From positions 202,308,001 to 202,372,000 of the forward strand of contig NC_058368.1 in the NCBI RefSeq assembly GCF_018350175.1: a stretch of DNA of 64,000 nucleotides, in the 5' to 3' direction. This document shows, piece after piece, positions 1 through 11,876 of the stretch. Positions within the stretch are counted from its first letter, which is position 1; the number at the start of each line of letters is the position of its first letter. Source of the DNA: Felis catus (Eukaryota). Both the position numbers and the translations under genes were made by a program. Under the pieces are notes generated by a model. It ran no database searches. It was not told the origin of the DNA and saw nothing but the letters and a program-made list of their open reading frames with translations.

Positions 1-125
1 AGACAATAGAAGGAATTTTTGAAGTGAAAGAAAAATTAGTGATACCACATGGGAAATCTAGAGGGCTCTTCTTTATTCTTTCCTTCTTTTCTTTCTCTTT
101 CCTTTCTTTCTCTTTCTCTCTTTTT

Positions 126-312
126 TTAAAAAAAATTAACATTTACTTATTTTTGAGAGACAGAGAGAGACAAAGCATGAGCAGAGGAGAGGCAGAGAGA
201 GAGGGAGACATAGATTCTGAAGCAGGCTCCAGGCTACAAGCTGTCAGCACAGAGCGAGATCATGACCTAGGCCGAAGTCAGACATTAACCGACTGAGCCA
301 CCCAGGCGCCCC
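126..312 (-). mobile_element. Can-SINE with ~30-nt internal deletion of the B-box region
   Basis: T-tail, (GA)n, 'gagatcatgacct...gactgagccacccaggcgcccc' head; TSD tctctttctctcttttt at 109-125 and 313-329. Confidence 0.93.
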
Positions 313-334
313 TCTCTTTCTCTCTTTTTAAAAT

Positions 335-690
335 AGGAGGTATTTCAGCACATTTGTTGATGGGATATATTAAAAAGTGAAGAACTGATGATTCAGGAGA
401 ATGGAGACAATTACTGGAGTAATGTCTGAGTAATTAGAGGAGATGGGCTCAGTGAAGCAGTGGAGGAATTGGTTCTAGATAGGAGCACTGACAGCTTTTC
501 GAGAATAACTGGAGTAAAGAGAGAGCCATGTGTATAAAGGCAGAGCTAGTGTGATAGTTACAGTCATGGCATCCTATGGAAAATCTCTGCTAATTACTTC
601 TCTTTTCTCATTAAAATAAGGAACAATGTGGTCAGCTGAGGGCAAGCAGAAGGAGAAATTGGAATGTAGAAACTTTAGGAAGCTGGTAGT
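335..690 (-). mobile_element. L2 fragment (ancient)
   Basis: Degenerate L2 internal motifs, e.g. 'gtggaggaattggttctagataggagca' and 'ttttctcattaaaataaggaacaatgtggtcagctgag'. Confidence 0.55.
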
Positions 691-2141
691 CAAATAAAAT
701 TATTTAAGACTAATTTTCAGTTCCTGTTTTGTTCTTGGTCAGTGATTTTAGGACTGTATACATTTTGTTCTGGTTTGAAATGATTCCTTAGCCTAAAATT
801 GGACTTTAATGGTAAGATTTAGGAAATAGCGTGGCTTATATAGTTTTGAATCAGTGGTTAGCTTTTGTTCTAATTTTTGATAGCAGCCACTCTTGACTTA
901 AAGATATGTGTCAAGCCCTTCAGTTCCTATTATATTGTAGGGCCAAATCAACTAAGTGGCATAAGTGGAGTATGGAATAGTATAGGTTAAAGAAGAGAGG
1001 AAAATTCATCTAATTGAGGAAGAAATGGAAAGATCTCTTAGAAGTCTTAGAAGAAATGGCATTTCAAGTTTGATCCGTCATTATGGATGGCATTGATAAA
1101 AGACATCATATATGAGAGAAATAGGTCCAGTATAGCATGTTGAAGAATGTTTAAAATTAGAGGATTGGAAGAGAAAAAAGAAGGAAGAAAAGGATAATGG
1201 GAAAGAGCAGAAATCAAAGAAGTAAGAGAACTAAAGTATTTCAGTTCATCCAGTAATGAAAACATCACTCTTATTGCCGGGCATTCTGCTAAGCACTGGA
1301 CCCATTAGACTGAGTCCACACCCCTAAGACATCCACAGTCCAATGAAAAGGCTTAATTGGATGTCTCTCGCAAGATTGGAAATATTGAGGTTAAGGGAAC
1401 CCAGAACACATTTTGAAGGGCCAGAGAATACGGAGAAAATGATATGTTGACACGTGAGCTGTTTAGTACAGATATTTATTAGTACATAGACAAGTAAAAC
1501 TTGCCGATTTTGTTGAATTCTTTTTGTTCAAACTCCATTTTACTATGTAGGTGTAGAATTTTTCCTTAACTGGCTACTTTGAATATCTACCCTTTGTTTC
1601 TGCTTGTTCTGTGTTCTCAGGACCCAGCAGTTCATTAGCTTTGCCGCTGTGAAAGTTGTTTGCAGATCTGTTGGGCTGATCATATTAGCTAGAAGTAACC
1701 TTTGAAATTTTGTCATGCAGTGGAGCATGAGGCCATTAAACATGCAGTTCTCTTAAAGCAAGCTGGGAACTATTGGTGAGTTGCACAGGTCAGGACTGCG
1801 ATTAAGCTTCATTTTCTTCTATAATAAAGGCTTTCTTGTTATACAAACTTGTTGCCATGCGTAACTTGATTTTAAGACAAACTGCATTAGTTGAATGTCT
1901 ATGTTTAGTTGACTGAATAATTTAAATTATAAACTTATTCCACATTGAATTTTCTTCATAAACCACTGCAAAGTATTTACCTTCCTCTGAATTAGTAATT
2001 GGTGAAATGTACAGAAAGCTTAAATCTGTCATCAAAAGAATATTACGGGCATTTTAGTTTCATTGGCTAAGATTTTATGGGTAAGAGTTTTTCTCCCCTT
2101 CTGTGTGAGGCCCTGTAACATTTTCGTTTGACAGTCATTGT

Positions 2142-2366
2142 TGTTTTTTTTTTTTTTAATTTTTTTTCAACGTTTATTTTTGGGACAGAGAGAGACAGAG
2201 CATGAACAGGGGAGGGGCAGAGAGAGAGGGAGACACAGAATCGGAAACAGGCTCCAGGCTCTGAGCCATCAGCCCAGAGCCCGACGCAGGGCTCGAACTC
2301 ACGGACCGCGAGATCGTGACCTGGCTGAAGTCAGATGCTTAACCGACTGCGCCACCCAGGCGCCCC
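2142..2366 (-). mobile_element. Young Felis-type Can-SINE (SINEC_Fc-like)
   Basis: Near-consensus and CpG-rich; TSD cgtttg[a/g]cagtcattgt at 2125-2141 and 2368-2384. Confidence 0.97.
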
Positions 2367-3505
2367 ACGTTTGGCAGTCATTGTATTGGCACAGGTTGCA
2401 GGCTGGTTGACGCAGACCTCATCATTTCTTCTAGAAGTTTCTGTTGTTAGGCACTGATGGCAGAACTACAGGCTTCTGACCTGGCTGGGCTCTCAGTGTA
2501 GCACTTAAACTCAAACCACAACTTCAGGTTTCAGATCCAATGCCTCAACTGTAGTTTAAAGTGTATATTATGCCTTACTGATGTAATGTATGTGTCTCCT
2601 GCACCAACTTAGAGTATTAATTAAAATCACATCTATCTTAATCATTAAATTTAGCAGCTTTGAATACCCCCATCCATCTCTTCTGAAACCTCTTCCTTCC
2701 TGTAATCATCATAAATCTGGTAGTCCAGTGCTGTTACTGTCTTCTAAAAAGTGTGATGTCACGGGCTCTAATTGCTGATCCAACTTCATTTTAGGATGCA
2801 GGAGAAAGGAGAGACCTTTCTTACTCCTGTGTTCAGCTGTGATCTCCCCTGCCAGTCTGGCACCGCAGGCTTGCACTCCTTGCTTCTGAGCTTTTTCCTG
2901 ACACGGCTCCTTTCATTTATACATGCAAGCAATAATCCCACAGGGGCAGGGTGGCTAAAACAGGAGGGATTTGTGCTGTGTAGAAACCAACCTTCTCTGG
3001 TAACAAACTAGGCCTGGTATTGAATCTGAGTCACTTGTTCGGAATCCCCTCACGCATGAAGAATTTACCTTCGACAGCCTCTCGTGCTTTTCCTGCCCGT
3101 GACCTCAGATCAGGTCACGTCAGTTTATCAGGAATATTCTATTTCAAGATGCAATAGCCTGACATTTCATTTTCTTCCTTTCCTCCCAGGCCACTTCTTG
3201 GTTTCCTGTGTAAATCTTTTTATATTTCTTAGCAATCTTTTAGTAATTTCTTTCAGAAAAATACAAATGTAACAAAACAAAACAAACCCCAAAAGCAACA
3301 AGAGAAAAAAAGAAATGACTGAAACTCCCTCCCAGCAGGCGTGCAGCGCCATGGAAATAGGATATTTGGAATTGTAGCTCCTTTGGGAATCTAGTAGGCA
3401 TTCAGGTGGTTTTTAAAACATTAAGTCAATCAGTAAAATGTTTAGGTCATAGAATAATTGAAATTTTGACAAAGCATTCATGATGGCAGAATAAACCACA
3501 TTTTT

Positions 3506-3731
3506 TTAATTAAAAAAATTTTTTTAAGTTTATTTATTTATTTTGAGAGAGACAGAGACAGTGTGAGTTGGGAAAGGGCAGAAAGGGAGGAAGAGAAAGA
3601 ATCCCAAACAGGCTCCATGCTGTCACCACAGAGCCTGATGTGGGGCTCGAACCCACAAAACTGCGAGATCATGACCTGAGCACAAACCAAGAGTTGGATA
3701 CTTAACCAACTGAGCCACCCACAGGCACCCC
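3506..3731 (-). mobile_element. Can-SINE
   Basis: Full head/(GA)n/T-tail; TSD taaa[c/t]cacattttt at 3492-3505 and 3732-3745. Confidence 0.95.
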
Positions 3732-4009
3732 TAAATCACATTTTTAGAAAGAAAGAAAATATGTAAAATCTATTACAAATTCAGGAACCCCACTTTAAGC
3801 ACCTGCTTTTTGTAGACTTGTTATGACATAGAGAGGAAAGAAAATTTAATGCTTAACAGAATTACCTTATTAAAGTCATGATGCATACTTGAATTATTAG
3901 AGCAAGGTGATGGAAGCCCCAGCATAACATTGACCAGTGTTTATGTCAGTCAAAAACCCTTCCTTCCACTGGAACATTATACTTCCTTGTCTTCTCATAC
4001 CAGAATATC

Positions 4010-4445
4010 ATAATGGATAAGAGCATAAACTGTGTACTCCAACTGCTAGACTTAAATCCCACCTCCATCACCTACTTCCTGTGAGACCTTGGGCAAGTTA
4101 AACTCAGTTTGCCAGTCTATGGAACAGGAATCATAAATTCGTCTACCTCACGAAGGTTAAATAAGTTATTTCAGGGGGTGCCTGGGTGGCTCAGTTGGTT
4201 AAGCGTACAACTTCAGCTTAGGTCATGATCTCATGACTCTTGAGTTCAAGCCCCACATCAGGCTCTGTGCTGACACCTCAAAGCCTGGAGTCTGCTTCGA
4301 ATTCTGTGTCTCTGTCTGTCTCTGCCCCTTCCCTGTTCGTGCTCTGTCTCTCTCTCTCAAAAATAAATAAACATTAAAAAATTAAAAAAATAAGTTATTT
4401 CAGGTAAGGTGTTTCACACAATGGTTCACATAGAATAAATGCAGA
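4010..4445 (+). mobile_element. MIR interrupted by a Can-SINE
   Basis: MIR core 'aaatcccacctccatcacctacttcctgtgagaccttgggcaagtta...ctcagtttg'; resumes after the SINE with 'gtaaggtgtttcacacaatggttcacatag'. Confidence 0.7.
4175..4387 (+). mobile_element. Can-SINE
   Basis: ggggtgcctgggtggctcag head, (CT)n, aataaa/A-tail; perfect TSD aaataagttatttcagg at 4159-4175 and 4388-4404. Confidence 0.96.
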
Positions 4446-5254
4446 ATGGTTTTTACTTGTCATTAAAATAACCCCACCTCCTGTGACAAGCATTAGGGAC
4501 AGGAGGAGGGATCTTGTCAGTGGTTTGGCTTCTTGAAGGATTTTTCTTGAAGGTTTTCTTTGCAGTCTGTGAGCTCTCAGCGCTTTATGTAGTTACAGAA
4601 ATATGCAGCTCATGAGCACGTTTGGTTTCCCAATTGCTTCTCCTCAACAGCTTGACATCAAGGTCATTTAGTTTCTTTTCCCATGTCCAGTATCAGTAAG
4701 CCAATTAAATATCTAAACGGTGGAAAGAAAAAAAGCAAACTTCTAAGACAAATTGGAATGTAAATTACAACTGGGTGGACTTATTTAGTAGATATTTAAA
4801 ATGCTGGATTATAGAGGTTTTCAGTGTTTCCTACTGCTGAACTACATAGGAAAATATTAAAAAAAAAAAACTCTTATGATTCAAGATCCTTGATGCCTCA
4901 GAACCCACAGTAGTCCCTGGCCAATTCAAGTCTCAACCTTTCTCCTCAGAATCAATTCAATAAATCAAATAAAATTTGCAGTTCTTCAGAATAATGTAAT
5001 CTGCAAATGTATTTAATTACCCATAAATCATGATTCATATTAAAGCTTAATGTGACACTTGCTAGCAGAGAAATTTAATCAATTTATTATTATTTGAAAC
5101 TTGCTTATCCTTGGATATAAAGGGCAGAGTTCATCTTACAAAATATTCGCCAAATTTTATTAAATAATAGGCTTAAGAGCATATGAAGTCAACAGATGGA
5201 ATAGGACTGAAGAATCCTGATTCATGGCCCTTTTACTCTCAAGCAGTATTTTGC

Positions 5255-5317
5255 CTCTTATTTTTATTTATTTATTTTTTTAGAGGGGGGGATGCAAGTG
5301 AGCAAGGGGCAGACAGA

Positions 5318-5360
<43 letters not shown>

Positions 5361-5533
5361 GGGGCTCACCCAGGGCTCGTGCTTTTACCTGAAGGTGGGT
5401 TGGAGCTCACCAGAAATGGGGCTGGAACTCACCCTAAGTGGGGCTCGTGCTCCTCTGATGTGGGACTCACCAACTGTAAGAACATGACCTGAGCTAAAGT
5501 CAGATGCTTAGTGACTGAGCAACCCAGGCGCCC
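5255..5533 (-). mobile_element. Can-SINE variant with tandemly repeated B-box segment
   Basis: Normal head and tail; body is ~6 degenerate 16-22-nt 'gaagtggggctc..ctcaccc' units; TSD core tattttgc at 5247-5254 and 5534-5541. Confidence 0.9.
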
Positions 5534-5982
5534 TATTTTGCTTTATATCTTTAACTACATGGAGATTCTTTGTGGTTTTGTTTTCTGAATAGAAGTCTAG
5601 CCCAAAATTTGATTATCTGATTAATATGTAGAGAGAGCTATAGAGATAATTATATTAACTTACAGAGGAAGAATCAGGTAAATTTCACCAGATGCTAGAG
5701 AACTTTTTATAAAGATCATCAGAGACATGGCATTTAATCCACATATTTGGTCCACATATCCCTTCCTGTCACAGAACTTACATTTTTATTAAATATGTAT
5801 CTGGCTTTGGGTGAATGCAGTTAATTGATTCTAAAATGTAGTAATCTATGTTCTCCAAAAGTTATTTGGTGAACATAAAATAGGCATATTTGGAAGTTGC
5901 TTTATTTTTAGAACTAATGAAATTAATGTTAGCATTATTATAGCAGCCCCTGCTTGTAGATTGTGTATAATATTCTAGACAC

Positions 5983-6270
5983 TATGACTTAGCTCACGTT
6001 TCCTGGAAGTGACCCTGAGATGAAGATCCTTGTGCCAGTGACTTAATTAGGGCTTTTAGGTGAAGCCACTAAGGGAATGGGGGAGGAAGTAGGGGGAGAA
6101 AATAGAAGGAAGGCAACCCAAATGCAGTTGGGGCAAAGCCTGATCCTATGGAAGTCTGCAGAGAAAGTAATGCCTATTATATAGGAGGGACCAGGCACCA
6201 GTCAGTCATTGTTTAAAGTACTTCTTGAGAAGAATGTAAACTCCCAGGCTTTCCAAGCCTTTAGTGTGGC
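5983..6270. mobile_element. Ancient ERVL-type LTR fragment (LTR16/LTR33-like)
   Basis: 'tttcctggaagtgaccctgagatgaagatccttgtgccagtgacttaatt' and 'cagtcagtcattg...gtaaactcccagg' resemble the recalled consensus. Confidence 0.5.
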
Positions 6271-6344
6271 AAAGTAGTCAAACAATTAGGGGGGGTGGGG
6301 AATGTAAAGAAACAGAAAGAAGATCCATAGAATTATCTGTGTTC

Positions 6345-6452
6345 TTTGTATGAGGTAAACATTAGTATCCAAAATTGAGTTGAAGAAACTAAAGGAAGTT
6401 TAGCAAATTGCTCAAAGTCACACTAATGAAGGTCAGAAGTTGAATTTGAAAA
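6345..6452 (-). mobile_element. MIR fragment
   Basis: 'gaagaaactaaagg...aaattgctcaaagtcacactaatg...gaatttgaa'. Confidence 0.55.
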
Positions 6453-6544
6453 ATTTTTAATTCTTCATGATGATAATGATGTCTCAGATTCACAACAATG
6501 AATTGATTCAAGGCACTAGAATCAATGTGGGGTTTTTTTTGTAT

Positions 6545-7336
6545 TTATAATTTTTTTAGATTTACTTATTTAAATTCAAGTTAGTTAATACACTGTGTAG
6601 TATTGGTTTCAGAAATAGTGATTCATCACTTACATATAACACCAAGGGCTCATCCCAACAAGTGCCCTCCTTGGTGCCCATCACCCATTTAGCCCATCCT
6701 CCACCCACCTCCCTTCCTGCATCCCTCAGTTTGTTCTCTGTGTTTGAGTCTCTTGTGATTTGCCTCCTTCTCCATTTTTATCTTATTTTTCCTTCTCTTG
6801 CCTATTTTCATGTGTTTTGTTTATTTTTTTTAATATTTTCTTCATTTTTGAGAGAGAGGGTGGGGAGGGGCAGAGAGCAAGGGACAGAGTCGGAGCGCTC
6901 AAACTCACAAACCGCAAGATCATGTCCTGAGCCGAAATCAAGAATCAGACACATAATTGACTGAGCCACCCAGGTGCCCCTCATCTTTTTTGTTTCTTAA
7001 ATTCCACATAAAAGTGAAATCATATGGTATTTGTCTGTCTCTGACTGACTTATTTCACTTAGCATAATACACTCTAGTTCCATCCATATTGTTGCAAATG
7101 GCAAGATTTCATTCTTATTGATTACTGAGTAATACTCCCTTGTGCATATATACCACATCTTCTTTATCCATTCGTCAGTCAGTGGACACATGGGCTCTTT
7201 CCATAATTTGGTTATTGTTGACAGTGCTGCTATAAACATTGGGGTGCATGTGCCCCTTCAAATCAGCATTTTTGTATCTTTTGAATAAATACCTAGTAGT
7301 ACAATTGCTGGGTTGTAGGGTAGTTCTATTTTTAAC
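6545..7336 (-). mobile_element. 5'-truncated carnivore L1 (ORF2 C-terminus + 3'UTR), interrupted by a SINE
   Basis: ORF 6997-7239 'MFIAALSTITKLWKEPMCPLTDEWIKKMWY...ISLLCGI' is the L1 ORF2 C-terminus; carnivore 3'UTR follows. Confidence 0.95.
6823..6980 (-). mobile_element. Internally deleted Can-SINE nested in L1 3'UTR
   Basis: TSD tcatgtgttttgttt 6808-6822 vs tcatcttttttgttt 6981-6995. Confidence 0.9.
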
Positions 7337-7404
7337 CATTTAAAATAAAACCATTTAAAAACCATTTAAAATAAAAATATTCCTAGACGGGTGCTACTAC
7401 TTTG

Positions 7405-7590
7405 GAGTTTACAAGGAGTTTTCATGAACACTATCTCACTTTTCAGCCACAATAATCCTCTGCTTAAACATTTTTTTGTTGTGCTTATTTTCTACCTGAG
7501 AAGGTTTAGAATCAAAAAGGTTAAGAAAAATTTCCCTGGCTCCCAGCTAATTAGATTAATGATCTGAGCCCAGCTATTTTGATGCAAATA
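7405..7590 (-). mobile_element. MIR
   Basis: 'tttacaaggagttttcatgaacactatctcac...aataatcct...aaggttaag...cccagctaatt'. Confidence 0.55.
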
Positions 7591-7744
7591 CCATGGTAGA
7601 ATCAATTGCTCTGTAGACCAGTACTACAAAATGTGTGCACTGCCCATCCACTATGTTAAATGTACCACTAGATACCTTCATGTGCCTTGTGTATGAAGTC
7701 AACAAACCATTCACATTAAAACAGTGTGTGTGGCAGGGAGGAGG

Positions 7745-7890
7745 ATTGTAGGCCCACTTGAGAATCTGATGAAAGCCAATGATTCTCCCTCCCAAGAAAA
7801 CTTCACAAACACACTTACGCACACATTTTCATATTTAATTTTAGTTGATTTCATGACATTTGAGTCACTGGGTTAATAGCCTTGCTTTAG
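7745..7890. mobile_element. hAT-Charlie-type MER fragment
   Basis: 'cttgagaatctgatgaaagcc...ccctcccaagaaaa...acattttcatat...gggttaatagcctt' resembles a recalled non-autonomous hAT consensus. Confidence 0.55.
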
Positions 7891-8239
7891 AAAACTCTTC
7901 ACGTATGAACATTGTAGAGTAAGGTGAGAGGGAGACGAATGCCTGAGGAGTTTTAGCCACATAGTTTGCACGTGAGGAACCTGAAGCTCAGGAAAGAGAG
8001 AAGGGGGTATAAGTAATGTAGGAAGTTAGCAAAGCTTCATTCTCATGTCCACCCATGTTCAAACATGTCCCTGAATATTCAGTCATTCAGTTTGGGGATG
8101 AATTCGTCATGTTCTTCTACCTTCTGTAAGTTAACATCTTCTGATTTCTCCAATCTGTAGAACCTTCTAGATTCTGATCATCCTTTCAGGTGTACACACT
8201 TCCCTGGCCTCCCACTACTCATCACAGGGGCCATCAATA

Positions 8240-8585
8240 TCAGACAGTGTTCCAGGACAAAAGCAACGGCATGCTCATGTTAGAATAACTCAAGAATTGT
8301 TTTATTTAAGACCTAATTACAAAGATTCTGGATAGGCTACAGAGAATACACAAAGAATAATAAACTACCCTATGGTTAATAACAGTGGAGCTATTACTAA
8401 CTTTAGGTATTGAGGGAAGATAGGGTCATTATTAGAACTTGGGAGCAAAGAGTTGTGTGAAGAGGTCTATCTTAAAAATGTTGTTATTTTGGTTCATGGG
8501 TACCACCTGCCTGAGATAACCATTCAGTATGGGATCCAGAGGAATAAATAGTCTAACTTTCCTCTCCTAGCTCTGATTTTGAGCA
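8240..8585. mobile_element. Ancient LTR fragment (ERVL-type)
   Basis: 'ggttaataacagtggagctattactaactttagg' and 'gaggaataaatagtctaacttt' resemble old eutherian LTRs. Confidence 0.45.
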
Positions 8586-8779
8586 CGGGCTCTGCATTGT
8601 CCAGCTGAACTCAACCTGAAACATTAAGGAAACCTCTGTTGTCGGCAACCAGTTCTTTCTCCCAAAAGAAAGCAGCTTAACCCAGGATCCGAAGGCGCAA
8701 ACAGAATATATACAGCAAAGAAAGCAAATCAGCATGTGTACACACACACCCCAACTCCTTGCCTCAGTCAAATCCCATT

Positions 8780-9075
8780 TATTATCTATTCAAGGTAAGA
8801 ATCAGGCTACTCTTCTTTATGAAGTCTTTTCTGATTCCTTGCCCCATGCTTAATCTAAATCGGGCCTTAATCCTTGGAAAGGCATACCGTTGTGACCCAG
8901 GCCACTACTCTGGCACTTGATCTGCCCTCCACCTGATTTAAAGAACTATTTGTCTTCATTTTATCTTCTTTATCAGTTGAGAAGTGTCTTAAATGAAAGG
9001 GCTATGTTTTGTACAATTTTGACTCCTTCCCAGCACTTCAGTACATGCCTGCGTGATAGACTGAAGGCTGAGAAT
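8780..9075 (+). mobile_element. L2 3' end
   Basis: 'gaagtcttttctgattcc'...'agggctatgttttgt...cccagcacttcagtacatgcctg'. Confidence 0.6.
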
Positions 9076-10644
9076 TAGTTTTGCTTATCTAAGAGAGGGG
9101 TATAATTATCAGTAATTTTTCTCTTAAAGCATACGTCTCATCTTTTTTTGCTTTAAGCCTGCCAGACTAAAAAGCATTTTATCTGGGTTGCTTGGATACT
9201 AATGTTTTCTTCTTTGCTTTATGAAAAGACTTCGTAATGCTTTTCAAACAATTTGTTCAACCTTTTAATTTTCTCAGGCATGGAAGGCATAGTCAGATGC
9301 ATTCTAATTTTGATTTTCTTACTATACCCAAATAAGATTAACGTAATACTTTTTCATATATTAATTCATTTTTTCCCTCATTTAAACACATGCTTCGAGA
9401 TGAGATATGCATAAACAATTATAATCAAAGGCAGAAACCATTAAAGTGATTATAAAAGCAATGGCACGCTGAGATCAGAAAGTGGGAGATTACTTCTTGG
9501 GGGGGCATGAGGAAGGGCTTTCTGCGTGGTTATGCTGAGGAGCGTGTTGACAAAGGCTTTTTGAGGGGGCTGTGATTGACCTGAGTATCAGGAAAGACCA
9601 GTTAGGTGATCCACACCTTTCTGCCTTTGCTGGTATCAACTTTTTATTCTGGTTCTCCTCTAATCATATTTGTTTGCTTGCTGTACCTCAGATCCATAGA
9701 ATTTAGAAGGAAGGGACTGGGTTCAACTGGTTAGTGATACAAGTGATACTCGGGAACAGAACTGGTCCAAGAATAAACAGCCAATACTGGCCTAGTTTTT
9801 TTTAGAAGCCAGATGTTTTGCCTCCCAGACCGGAGCTCATGTTGCCCCCACACTCTTTTTTTCTTTTTTCTAGAGATACCTAGTTAATTTCAGAGGGCTA
9901 AAGAGAAGAGTGCTAAAGGTGTTGGTGTTGTAGAAGAATAGAGGGAATCTAAATGTTTTGGAGCTGACATGAATAAATCTGTAGTCCCGCCTGGTTTCTT
10001 AATATAAAGTGTGATCTGTGCATATTCTAAAACTAGAGATTCCAATAGAGCTATAAAAATAATAACAAAGGATTCTTTCCCCCCTCTGGCAATCTATTCT
10101 CGTAGATTGAGTATCCAAAATCTAGAGAAGGTATAAATGAAGAATAAGATTTAGAGTTGACTGGACAAGCCAAATATTTTTTAAAGGAAGTGAAAAAGAG
10201 CACATTGTAGAAGTGGTGAGACAGAGAGCACAGAATATGTGCCTTCGCGTTGCTCTTAGATGAAAAATGGATGTTCCATACATGACAGAGCTTTGGCAAG
10301 TATTGAAACATTGTCTTACTTCCTAAACTAATTATAAATAATAAGCAATGGAATTATTCATTCCATAAATTCTGCGCTGTAACTTACTAGAATGACAGGT
10401 TAATGGTTATAACAGTGGAAAAGGAGGCTATATATAATATAGGAATACATATATTTTTATAAAAGTTTCCATCATTTATAACAGAGAGCAAAGCTTTCCC
10501 TTTTTCATCATATCGTTGGAATAGCTTTTTACTAAAAACTGAAGTGGCATTTAACAACATCCTAGTGATCTGTAATACAGATTTGTAAGGTGAGATGTGA
10601 CGTTTGATTCAGGAAGCTCTTGTCTTCGTTTAAAAAAATGTTAT

Positions 10645-10760
10645 AGTCCATATGTTATTCTGATTTCTTAGTTTTTACCTAATGTCCTTTTTCTGTTCCA
10701 GGATCCCATCCAGAATATCACATTACACTTAGTCGTCATATCTCCTCTGGATCCTCTTCT
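10645..10760 (-). mobile_element. Old L1 (L1MC-type) 3'UTR fragment
   Basis: 'gtttttacctaatgtcctttttctgttccaggatcccatccagaatatcacattacacttagtcgtcat', homologous to 17293-17362 in this window. Confidence 0.75.
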
Positions 10761-11326
10761 TGCCTTTTATTATTGCTTAGCATAAAATCTTTCTCTGTTG
10801 CTTAAATTATTTTCAAATGTTCTTAACTGGAATAAGGAAGATAAACATAGATAAAAAGTGTGAAGATCAGGCTGACAACGAAATTACTTCTATTTTATAT
10901 TTGTATTACATCTGCCTCACTAATTCTGTGCCTTGGCTTTCACTTCCTGGTATTTTTAATATGAATTGAATTTACAAATTGATTTCAGTTTAGGGATGCG
11001 TTAGCATCTTGAAACATAAGAAATCCCATGTGAGGAGGCTATCTGTGTGAGCCAGGAAGTCTTAAATGAGAGCCTCTCTCTGTGTGTGTCATAGAAATGC
11101 AACTTAACAATGTAGAAGCCTTTTATTGGATTTGCCAATTACATTTTAGCCTCAGGCCTCATTTAAAAGCATCACAGGAAAACATGCAGCTCTTGCCAGC
11201 ATAGCTAACAAGGCGGAATTAATACAAGGCCCATTAACAGCATTTTAAAGACCATCATAATTGTGACACAACATTCAAGGCGAAGCTATGCTAAAGGAAC
11301 TATAGAATTAAGTGGGGTAATACTTT

Positions 11327-11702
11327 TTTTTTGTTTGTTTGTTTGTTTGTTTTTATTTTTTATTTATTTATTTATTTTTATGAAATTTATTGACAAATTG
11401 GTTTCCATACAACACCCAGTGCTCATCCCAAAAGGTGCCCTCCTCAATACCCATCACCCACCCTCTCCTCCCTCCCACCCCCCATCAACCCTCAGTTTGT
11501 TCTCAGTTTTTAACAGTCTCTTATGCTTTGGCTCTCTCCCACTCTAACCTCTTTTTTTTTTTTCCTTCCCCTCCCCCATGGGTTCCTGTTAAGTTTCTCA
11601 GGATCTGTACAGAAATCAGTTGCATTCTTATACACTAACAATGAAGCAACAGAAAGACAAATAAAGAAACTGATCCCATTCACAATTGCACCAAGAAGCA
11701 TA
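11327..11702 (-). mobile_element. Young felid L1 with 5' inversion
   Basis: Minus-strand tail + 3'UTR at 11327-11605 joined to plus-strand ORF2 segment 11606-11702 (VQKSVAFLYTNNEATERQIKKLIPFTIAPRS). Confidence 0.93.
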
Positions 11703-11706
11703 CTTT

Positions 11707-11785
11707 GTTTTTTTAATGTTTATTTATTTTGAGAGAGAGAGGAGAGAGAGGGTGAGTGGGGGGAGGGCAGAGAATGAGAGAGAGA

Positions 11786-11835
<50 letters not shown>

Positions 11836-11876
11836 ATCCCAAACCTTGGATGCGGGACTTGATCTCACAAACCCCA
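11707..11876 (-). mobile_element. 5'-truncated, internally deleted Can-SINE
   Basis: T-tail, (GA)n, 'gaatccc...gatgcgggacttgatctcacaaacc'; outer TSD aagtggggtaatacttt at 11310-11326 and 11877-11893. Confidence 0.85.

Noticed and set aside
24..296. SINE-derived ORFs (also 2138, 5183, 5292, 15758, 18775, 21776, 27834, 32774, 33462, 37690, 46195, 54399 and others)
   Set aside because: They are translations of Can-SINE bodies and (GA)n/(CT)n tracts, not genes.
4175..4260. tRNA gene-like A/B boxes (all SINE heads)
   Set aside because: tRNA-derived SINE heads followed by (CT)n, poly(A) and TSDs; not tRNA genes.
5356..5471. CRISPR-like repeat array
   Set aside because: Degenerate units without unique spacers, inside a SINE in a mammalian genome.
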